Origin: an uncultured Pirellulales bacterium
GTDB taxonomy: Bacteria > Planctomycetota > Phycisphaerae > Sedimentisphaerales > Anaerobacaceae
Assembly (NCBI GenBank): GCA_964429265.1
Contig: CAYSBK010000001.1
Span: 1-57,448, forward strand
Direction of reading: 5' to 3'
Length of the DNA stretch: 57,448 nucleotides
Part shown: in pieces, positions 1 to 7,116 of the stretch
Layout: each line of letters opens with the position of its first letter
Position numbering within the stretch: position 1 is the stretch's first letter
The notes under the pieces: generated by a model
What the model saw: the letters and a program-made list of their open reading frames with translations, nothing else
The model's database searches: none
What the model was told of the DNA's origin: nothing
Position numbers and translations under genes: made by a program

Positions 1-99
1 TCGAGCCGGTGGACGGTGCGCCGCGAGTGCAGAGGATATACCACACGGCCGCGGGTTGATGGGAGGCGAAAGATTTTTTGCTGGGCGGTGATTTTTTCC

Positions 100-128
100 T
101 TGTTCATATGGTCAAACTACCATATGAT
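100..128 (+). promoter_or_regulatory. candidate sigma70-type promoter of the lexA operon (TTGTTC - 17 nt - TATGAT)
   Basis: -35 TTGTTC at 100-105, 17-nt spacer, -10 TATGAT at 123-128. It lies about 25 nt upstream of the lexA ATG at 153, which is preceded by AGGTG. By-eye consensus match only. Confidence 0.4.
104..127. promoter_or_regulatory. perfect inverted repeat TCATATGGT-CAAACT-ACCATATGA, candidate LexA operator (SOS box)
   Basis: 9-nt arms at 104-112 and 119-127 are exact reverse complements with a 6-nt spacer. The repeat fills the spacer between the predicted -35 and -10 of the lexA promoter, which is the classic autoregulation geometry. Confidence 0.5.
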
Positions 129-152
129 GTAATGAGAATCGCAGGTGTGGAT

Positions 153-764
153 ATGGAGGCTTTGACCGAAAAGCAAAAAGCGGTGCTTGAGTTTATCGAG
201 GATCGGCTCGATGCGGCTCGGCCGCCCAGCCAGCGGGAGATTGCACGGCATTTCGGGCTGTCGCAGAACGCGGTGTATCAACTGGTGAGCTACCTGAGGC
301 GCAAGGGCTACGTGGTGAACGTGCCGGGCCATCGGGGGATAAGGCTTTCCGAGAGGTACCTGCGCCATAAGGGTCGCGGGGGAGTTGCGTTGGTGGGGCG
401 AGTGGCGGCCGGTGAACCGATCCTGGCCCAGGAGAATATCGAGCAATACGTGGACATCGGGGATTTTTTTGGTCGGGGCAGGGATATTTTCCTTCTGAGG
501 GTTTCCGGGGACAGCATGGTGGACGAGGGGATTATGGACGGGGATATAGTGGCGGTGAAGCCGGCGGCGGCGGTCGAGAACGGCCAGATTGCGGTGGTTT
601 TGCTGGACGACGAGGCAACGGTGAAGAAGGTGTATCGTCGCCGCGGCAGGATAGCCCTTGTGCCGGCCAACCGGTCGGCGGGGTACAGGACCATCTACGT
701 AAGGCCCGGCAGACGAGAGGTTCGAATTATAGGGAAGGTGGTCGGCGTTTTGCGGAAGCTTTAG
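153..764 (+). CDS. lexA: LexA transcriptional repressor (S24 self-cleaving peptidase)
   Basis: N-terminal winged-HTH (PSQREIARHFGLSQNAVYQLVSYL), Ala-Gly cleavage site in GRVAAGEP, catalytic Ser in GDSM and Lys in ATVKKV. ATG 153 is preferred over the track start at 78 because the promoter/operator lies at 100-128. Confidence 0.9.
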   Translation: MEALTEKQKAVLEFIEDRLDAARPPSQREIARHFGLSQNAVYQLVSYLRRKGYVVNVPGHRGIRLSERYLRHKGRGGVALVGRVAAGEPILAQENIEQYVDIGDFFGRGRDIFLLRVSGDSMVDEGIMDGDIVAVKPAAAVENGQIAVVLLDDEATVKKVYRRRGRIALVPANRSAGYRTIYVRPGRREVRIIGKVVGVLRKL

Positions 765-777
765 GCTGATAGAGAAG

Positions 778-1632
778 ATGAAATGTCCGGTTTACATAGG
801 TGTTGCGGGCTGGTCTTATGCGGACTGGAAGGACGTGGTTTACACCGACGCGAAGATCGACCAACTCGAGTACGTCAGCCGATTCGTGGACTGCATCGAG
901 ATAAACAACACGTTTTATCGTCCGCCTTTTGAGAGGACTGTGCGTTCGTGGCTGGAGAGGACGAAGAAACGTGCGGCGTTCTTTTTCACCGCGAAGCTGC
1001 ACCGAAGTTTCACGCACGAGGGTAAGATCGAGCGGGAGATAGTGAGGCATTTTCACAAGGGCTTCGAGCCTTTGCTGGCGGCCGGCAAGCTGCGGCACCT
1101 GCTGGCGCAGTTTCGATATGATTTTGCGGATTCGCCGGAGAACCGTCGGCTGCTGGAGGAGATAGTGAAGCTCTTCTCGGATTCGTTCAAGGTAACGGTT
1201 GAGCTGCGTCACAAGTCGTGGCAGAGCCAGCGGGGACAGGAGTTCCTGGAAGGGTTGGGGGTTAGCGTGTGCAATCTTGATTATCCGCTGTCGTCCAATT
1301 CGTTCAACATGCAGTGCTGCACGATAGGCAGGGACGGGTATTTCAGGTTGCACGGCAGAAACGCCGAGAAGTGGTTCAGCAAGGCCGGTCGGGATGAGAC
1401 CTACAACTATTACTACAACGAACACGAGCTTGGCGGGATAAAGAGGCGGATAGAACGTTTATCCGAGGCGCTTGAATCACTTACGGTTATTGCGAACAAC
1501 CATTATCGCGGAGCGGAGCTTGCGAACGCGCTGGAGCTGAAGGCTATGGTGACGGGGCGTAAGCAACCCGTGCCGGCGGGGCTTTTGCGGGCTTATCCGG
1601 ACCTGATGAGGATTGCGGCAAGCCAGGAATGA
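778..1632 (+). CDS. DUF72 (YecE-like, TIM-barrel) family protein, function unknown
   Basis: YIGVAGWSYADWKDVVY ... IEINNTFYRPP ... FTAKLHRSFTHE matches the DUF72 signature pattern. It starts 13 nt after the lexA stop. Confidence 0.85.
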   Translation: MKCPVYIGVAGWSYADWKDVVYTDAKIDQLEYVSRFVDCIEINNTFYRPPFERTVRSWLERTKKRAAFFFTAKLHRSFTHEGKIEREIVRHFHKGFEPLLAAGKLRHLLAQFRYDFADSPENRRLLEEIVKLFSDSFKVTVELRHKSWQSQRGQEFLEGLGVSVCNLDYPLSSNSFNMQCCTIGRDGYFRLHGRNAEKWFSKAGRDETYNYYYNEHELGGIKRRIERLSEALESLTVIANNHYRGAELANALELKAMVTGRKQPVPAGLLRAYPDLMRIAASQE

Positions 1633-1666
1633 AGCGCAGCTCGTTGTTTGCGAAAGCGGGCGGGTT

Positions 1667-4582
1667 ATGCATACGGCATTATTGATATTAAGGAGCTATT
1701 ACAGCCTTTTGAGAGGGCCGGTATCCGTGCAGCGACTGGTCGGCAGGGCGTGCGAGCTTGGGTACGAGGCAGTGGCCCTGGCGGATGTCAACGTGATGTA
1801 CGGGGTGGTCGATTTCTGCAAGACCGCCCGAAAAGCGGGTGTGAAACCGATAATCGGCGTTCAAATCGTAGACGAGAGGGGGCGGGTTGTCTTACTTGCC
1901 GAGAACGAGGTCGGCTACAGGAACCTTTGCAGGATAGTGACGGCGCGGAACCTGGAGCCGGATTTTGAGCTGGTGGGGCGGCTGAGCGACTACAGCGAAG
2001 GGTTAATCTGTATCTGCGGCAAGCGGCGTTTGCTGGACCGGCTGAAAGGGGTTTTTCGCAGCGATTGTCTTTTCTGGCCGTGTCGGGACGAAGCAGATGC
2101 GGAGCAGCCGCCGCTTCGGAAAGTAAGGGCTGTCGCCTGTGGTGTTTTTGACTGCGTGACGGAGGATGATGTAACGACAGGCAGGCTGCTGGCGGGCATA
2201 AGGCGATTAAGCGGAGCCGGTGCAACCAGGCGGGATGAGAGTAGTTTCAATGTGATTGTGGGGGTGGATGATCTTGCCGGCAGGTACGGGCGGTTCGGCG
2301 ACGCGGTGAAAAACGCCGCGGAGATTGCCGGGCGCTGCAGCGTTGACCTGCTGGACAGGGGATACTTTTTGCCCAGGGCGAAGCTGCCGCCGGGCAGGGA
2401 CGGCCACATTGAGCTATCCAGGCTTTGCCATCGCAGGCTGGCGGAGAAATACAACCCCGTTACAAAAGAAGTTGTCAAGCGTCTTGAATATGAGTTGAAC
2501 GTTATCAGGGAGAACCGGTTCAGCGATTACTTTCTGGTGGTGCACCAGATAGTGGAGTACGCAAAACGTCGGCGAATCCCTGTGGATGTTCGCGGCTCGG
2601 CGGCGGGGTCGCTGGTTGCGCACGTGCTGGGTTTTACGAGGGTCTGCCCGATAAAGAACGGGCTTTACTTCGAGCGTTTCATGAACCCCGGCAGGCGGGA
2701 TTGTCCCGACATCGACATCGACCTGTGCTGGCGGAGGCGTGACGAGGTGATAAGGTTCTGCTACGAAAACTGGGGCCAGCAGTACGTGGCGATGATTTCG
2801 AACATCAACAGGTACCGCCGCCGAAGTGCCGTCCGCGACACAGGCAGGTTTCTCGGGTTCGACAGGGAACGGATAAACCAGTTCGTTGGGCAAAGTCGGC
2901 CTGCAGCAGCGGCGGCGGTGGTTTACGGGCTGGCCGGGAGAATACTTGGGTATCCGCGCGGGGTCGGCGTTCACTGCGGGGGGATGGTTATTACACCTTT
3001 GCCGATAGCCGAGCTTGCTCCGCTGGAGCGTGCGGCCAAGGGCGTTGTCATCACCCAGTACGACAAAGATGCGGCCGAGGCGGTCGGGCTGATCAAGATC
3101 GATTTGCTGGGCAACAGGGCGCTTTCAACGGTGGATGGTGCCGTCAATATCATCACGCACAATGGGGACAAGCTGGATGTCGATGCCGTTGACCCGGCGG
3201 ACGAGAAGACCGCCCGGATGCTCAGCGCCGGCGACAGCCTTGGGGTGTTTCAGTGCGAATCGCCGGCGATGAGGCAGTTGCTGCGGGCGCTGAAGGTAAG
3301 GAACAAGAAGGACGTGGCGACAGCCCTGTCTCTGGTAAGACCCGGCCCGGCGTCCGGCGGGATGAAGGCGGAGTTCATTGAGCGTCACGTGAACAAAAAG
3401 CCATTTCGGTACCTGCACCCGAGGCTGGAGGAGTTGCTGGGTGATACGTACGGCGTGATGCTTTACCAGGAGGACGTGATGCGGATAGCGGTGGAGCTTG
3501 CGGGCTACAGTGTTGCCGAGGCCGACAGGTTCAGGTCGGAGGTTTCGAAGAAGGTTTCGGCGTCGCATCTGCACAAGCAGTACAAGGATTTTGTGTATTC
3601 ACGAGCCGAATCCGCCGGTATCGACCGGCACAGCGCGGAGGTTATCTGGGACCATATTCTGCGGTTTGCGGCGTATTCTTACTGCAAGGCACACGCGACG
3701 GTCTATGCGAACATTGCGTGGCAGACGGCATATCTGAAGGCGCATCACCGGTGGCAGTTTTACACGTCGCTGCTGAACAATCACCAGGGCATGTATCCGC
3801 TGGGGGTGTACGTGTGGGATGCGAAAAGGCACGGGGTGCAGGTGCTGGGGCCGCACGTTAATGAAAGCGAGCTTGAATGGAAGTTGCAGCGTGGGGGCAG
3901 TGCCCGGCCGTGGGGCAATGGATTTGCAGGTACTGCCATAAGGGCCGGGCTGGGGATAATAAAGGGCCTCAGTCACAACACGATAGACGAGATTATCAGC
4001 CGGCGAAAGGAGCGGCCGTTCGCAGACCTCGAGGATTTGCGAAGGCGGGTGAGGTTTCGCGGCAGCGAGCTGCAGGACCTGGTCCGCGTCGGCGCCTGCG
4101 ACGGGTTGGGACCCAGCCGACACCAGATGTTGAGAGAGGCGGAAGCGTCGCTGCGTGATGCTCGCCAGCCGTTGTTGTTCAAGATATACGACGATGGGCT
4201 GAAGTTGCGACGGTACAACCGGGCGGAGCGATTGAAGGCGGAGCTGGAGTTGACGGGGATAGGGTTCAGTATGCATCCGAGCCTGCTGGCGGGCGGCGGG
4301 TATGTGCCGGCGGCGAGGCTGGGCAGGTTCATCGACAGAGAAGTGGCGGTTGCGGGCGATGTTGTGACGGCCAGGCGGGCGGTTACCGGCGAAGGGAAAT
4401 TGATGGGGTTTGTGACCCTTGAGGATTTTTCGGGATTGGCCGAGGTGACTTTCCTGCCGGAGCAGATTGAACAATACCAGCAGCTATGCCAGGTTGAGGG
4501 GCTGGTATGGGTAAGGGGCAGGGTTACCGAGCACCTGGCTTCGGTTGCGGTTCGGTGTCGAAGCTGGGGCTTTGCAGCGTAG
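1667..4582 (+). CDS. dnaE2: error-prone-type DNA polymerase III alpha homolog (DnaE2/ImuC-like)
   Basis: Pol III alpha architecture: N-terminal PHP-like region, palm motif CPDIDIDL, fingers, and a C-terminal OB fold (VAVAGDVV...GFVTLEDFSGLAEVTF). About 971 aa with no tau-binding C-terminal domain. Co-operonic with lexA. Start is uncertain (ATG 1667 or TTG 1613). Confidence 0.85.
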   Translation: MHTALLILRSYYSLLRGPVSVQRLVGRACELGYEAVALADVNVMYGVVDFCKTARKAGVKPIIGVQIVDERGRVVLLAENEVGYRNLCRIVTARNLEPDFELVGRLSDYSEGLICICGKRRLLDRLKGVFRSDCLFWPCRDEADAEQPPLRKVRAVACGVFDCVTEDDVTTGRLLAGIRRLSGAGATRRDESSFNVIVGVDDLAGRYGRFGDAVKNAAEIAGRCSVDLLDRGYFLPRAKLPPGRDGHIELSRLCHRRLAEKYNPVTKEVVKRLEYELNVIRENRFSDYFLVVHQIVEYAKRRRIPVDVRGSAAGSLVAHVLGFTRVCPIKNGLYFERFMNPGRRDCPDIDIDLCWRRRDEVIRFCYENWGQQYVAMISNINRYRRRSAVRDTGRFLGFDRERINQFVGQSRPAAAAAVVYGLAGRILGYPRGVGVHCGGMVITPLPIAELAPLERAAKGVVITQYDKDAAEAVGLIKIDLLGNRALSTVDGAVNIITHNGDKLDVDAVDPADEKTARMLSAGDSLGVFQCESPAMRQLLRALKVRNKKDVATALSLVRPGPASGGMKAEFIERHVNKKPFRYLHPRLEELLGDTYGVMLYQEDVMRIAVELAGYSVAEADRFRSEVSKKVSASHLHKQYKDFVYSRAESAGIDRHSAEVIWDHILRFAAYSYCKAHATVYANIAWQTAYLKAHHRWQFYTSLLNNHQGMYPLGVYVWDAKRHGVQVLGPHVNESELEWKLQRGGSARPWGNGFAGTAIRAGLGIIKGLSHNTIDEIISRRKERPFADLEDLRRRVRFRGSELQDLVRVGACDGLGPSRHQMLREAEASLRDARQPLLFKIYDDGLKLRRYNRAERLKAELELTGIGFSMHPSLLAGGGYVPAARLGRFIDREVAVAGDVVTARRAVTGEGKLMGFVTLEDFSGLAEVTFLPEQIEQYQQLCQVEGLVWVRGRVTEHLASVAVRCRSWGFAA

Positions 4583-4681
4583 GCGGGGCCGGCGTTGCAG
4601 CCGAAGGAAGAGACCTTCTGGGATAAAGGCGGTTGATTTTTTCCGACACCTGTTCTTGCCGGCTGCCACAGCCCGGCCCGG

Positions 4682-6355
4682 TCAAGCTGAGCTGTTCGAG
4701 AAGAGTCTCAGCAGCGTATCTTCGGCCGCGTCGCTCCAGAGGCCGTTTTCGAGACGATCGGCCACGGCAGGCAGGCGTTGGTTGAGATGCTCCAGTGGCG
4801 TCAGCGGCAGGCCCCGACAGGAGGGATATACGATTATCTTGCCTGGTATGCTGTGGTCTTCGACGGCCTTCAGGCCATCGATGGCTCCATCAAGTCCGGC
4901 TATGGCTGCGACACAGGGATTGGTCTGCAGTGCACCGCTTTCGAGGCGGCTCAACAGCTTTTCCATATCGTCCACGACCGAGCCACTGGTGCCGACGAAA
5001 TAAAGCCGCTTCTCGATGTAGCTGTTCAGGTCGACTGCGGCTACCGTGTCGGTGCTTATGCCGGCGAAGATGTTGATAATCGCGCCGCGTCTTGCTTGCT
5101 CGACGGCGGCGGCGACCATCTCCGGCCGAGGCACCATCAGCACGATGTAGTCAAAGCCATCGTCGGGAGCATCGTGGTTCGGGTCGTAGGCCTGGAAGCC
5201 CACGCCGGTGCGGTCGGCCAGGGGTTTGGCAACGGCGCCGAGCCTGGCCAGTCGCTGCCGGTCGGTGTCGGCAGCAAATACACTGACGCCCTCGATACCA
5301 CTGCTGATGCAGCGGATGGTGTGCATTGTTCCCATCGGTCCGGCTGCGCCGATTATGCAAATGGTGTCGCCGCGACGGATTTCGGCATTTGGTGGTACGT
5401 GCCGCATTGAAGAGGCGGGGTCGCAACCCTTTGTACCGGTGACTCGGATGCCTTCGTAATGCACCCTTCCGACGGGCAGATTAACGGTGCCGGTGAGATT
5501 GCCGCCGCACAGCACGACGTTCAACAGTCCGCCGGGAGCCAGTTTCTCCAAAAGCAACTCGACCGTTCGACGGTTGCGGCCAAGATAAATTATATCGTCG
5601 AAGCTGCAGTCCGGAAGCGAGGCAAGCTCAGCAACTCGTGCCATCGGCGAAGGCAGGCCATCAGGTGGTTCGAAGCGCGACAGCCAGGTTACCTGCGCGG
5701 GTCGGACGGGGCCTTTGAATAGATCGGTCAGACCCTTCGGTGGCTCCATCTCTGCCGCAATCAACAACTGCCCCGCTGCGGTGATGCCTGTGCGTTCGGC
5801 GCGGGCATATGCGTGTTCGACACAGGCCCACGGCTCGACCATCGCGACGGCCGAGGCCGAAAGCCGCTGTCCCACCGGCAACAGCATTGAGCGGCCGGTG
5901 GGGTCGGTGATAACGCGCGTGTCCATCAGGACATATTGCTGCAGGGCGCCTTCGAAGTTATAGCCGAACGCCGCGTTTGCCCCGGCGGTCGGCAACCAGC
6001 GGTAATCGGTCTGGACGAGAAATCTCTGGCCGGGTGCGAAACCTGCAAGGGCTTCGCCGACGGCCGCTATCGTAACGACGGCCTCGTGGCCGGGTACCGT
6101 GGGCCTTTCGGCAGGTACGTAGCTTGGTACCTCGTCGAGGATGCGCCGGGCGATGCCTGAGACAACAGGGCCTTTGCGGACATGGCGTGAGAACTGCTTG
6201 AGCAGCTTCAGGTCGGAGAAACACAGTCCCGCCGCCTCGACCCTGCAAAGCAATTGATACGGCCCGGGGCGGTGCACGGGCTTGCTTTCGTTCAGCACAA
6301 GCTCGCCGGGCCCGACCAGTTGAATTGCGCGCTGGGTTCTAGGCAGTACGGACAT
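4682..6355 (-). CDS. zinc-type medium-chain dehydrogenase/reductase (MDR) family protein, atypically long (about 557 aa)
   Basis: GroES-like ADH_N motifs (CRVEAAGLCFSDLK, PGHEAVVTIAAVGE). A degenerate nucleotide-binding region is followed by a second Rossmann fold with IIGAAGPMG. ATG at 6355 is preferred to TTG at 6367. Confidence 0.7.
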   Translation of the reverse strand: MSVLPRTQRAIQLVGPGELVLNESKPVHRPGPYQLLCRVEAAGLCFSDLKLLKQFSRHVRKGPVVSGIARRILDEVPSYVPAERPTVPGHEAVVTIAAVGEALAGFAPGQRFLVQTDYRWLPTAGANAAFGYNFEGALQQYVLMDTRVITDPTGRSMLLPVGQRLSASAVAMVEPWACVEHAYARAERTGITAAGQLLIAAEMEPPKGLTDLFKGPVRPAQVTWLSRFEPPDGLPSPMARVAELASLPDCSFDDIIYLGRNRRTVELLLEKLAPGGLLNVVLCGGNLTGTVNLPVGRVHYEGIRVTGTKGCDPASSMRHVPPNAEIRRGDTICIIGAAGPMGTMHTIRCISSGIEGVSVFAADTDRQRLARLGAVAKPLADRTGVGFQAYDPNHDAPDDGFDYIVLMVPRPEMVAAAVEQARRGAIINIFAGISTDTVAAVDLNSYIEKRLYFVGTSGSVVDDMEKLLSRLESGALQTNPCVAAIAGLDGAIDGLKAVEDHSIPGKIIVYPSCRGLPLTPLEHLNQRLPAVADRLENGLWSDAAEDTLLRLFSNSSA

Positions 6356-6681
6356 CCGGTTATCCAATCATATATTAAGAATCGTGTTGTTAAGGCGGAT
6401 AATAATGGCTGCGATGGATAATATCAATGCCGCGGGCAGGATTTTCACGGTCAGGCGGCCAATGCAGCGCATAAAAAAAGGGAGACCGGGGCATTTGGTT
6501 ATTACCTGTTGTAGCCTGGCTCCCTGTTGCGACGTGCCATTACTGCGTTACCGCGGATCGCACAAGTTGACGTAGCCGCCCGAACTTGCACTCGCAACAT
6601 TCATAATATACACAAAGTGCGGGGTCTTGTCAAGGGCCGAGTCGGCTAAGCGACGATTTTTTTTCAGAAAGACCCGAGCGG

Positions 6682-6708
6682 GGGCTGTATGCCGAAAACA
6701 GCCCTTTT
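6682..6708 (+). terminator. terminator-like hairpin GGGCTGT-N9-ACAGCCC followed by TTTT, in a gene-free region
   Basis: 7-bp GC-rich stem (6682-6688 / 6698-6704) then TTTT (6705-6708). A T8 run at 6657-6664 lies just upstream. No upstream plus-strand CDS explains it. Confidence 0.3.
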
Positions 6709-7116
6709 CCTGCCGTTGAGCAGTGGTTCAAGGATACGTTTGCTGTCGCTGGACGTTGACTTTCAGGCGGCGATGTGTTAGTCGTACCGTGGGCTGATGT
6801 ACTGCCATCGCCTGCAGTACGTCGGAGTTTACCGGTCCGGTGGTAAGCCCAGTTTTTCCAGGACGGCTGAATACCGCGGTGCCGCGGGTAAAGCCGACCG
6901 AAGTTTTACCCAGTAGCCAGCAGCCTATGCCGGCAGTGATTTATGGTGCAGGCGATGCGAAAACAGGCGAGCTGTACCGTGCTGAACAGTTGCAGAGAAA
7001 AGCCCGGCGAGTTGTGTGGGAGCGAGTGTAATGAAACAACAGCGGACGGCGGGCCGAATACGTGATAGTTTTTTGGGCTGTAATACGTTTGTCTTTTGAG
7101 TAAAGGATGCGCGGTA

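Noticed and set aside
727-1425. Long antisense or overlapping ORFs throughout the six-frame track. Examples: 727-1425(-), 3599-4474(-), 7306-8265(-), 9682-10545(-), 13109-13774(-), 15267-16094(-), 23618-25171(-), 27510-28916(-), 31226-32107(-), 33342-34406(-), 35329-36651(-), 40198-41199(+), 45514-46512(-), 48830-49837(-), 52353-53183(-), 54384-55688(+).
   Set aside because: Each lies opposite or out of frame to a gene with clear family motifs. Their translations are Arg/Pro/Gly/His-rich with no recognisable domains. Stop-free shadow frames of this kind are expected in roughly 60% GC DNA.
1613-1666. TTG start at 1613 for the polymerase, overlapping the DUF72 stop by 20 nt.
   Set aside because: This start is possible but not preferred. 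ATG 1667 places the PHP motif at the position usual for DnaE-family N-termini. It is left as an uncertainty rather than a feature.
6480-6492. GGGAGACCGGGGC, which superficially resembles the cobalamin-riboswitch B12 box (..GGAGACC.GCC).
   Set aside because: The other conserved riboswitch elements are not evident around it. It lies over 600 nt from the next plus-strand gene, and neither flanking gene is B12-related. It is most likely chance.
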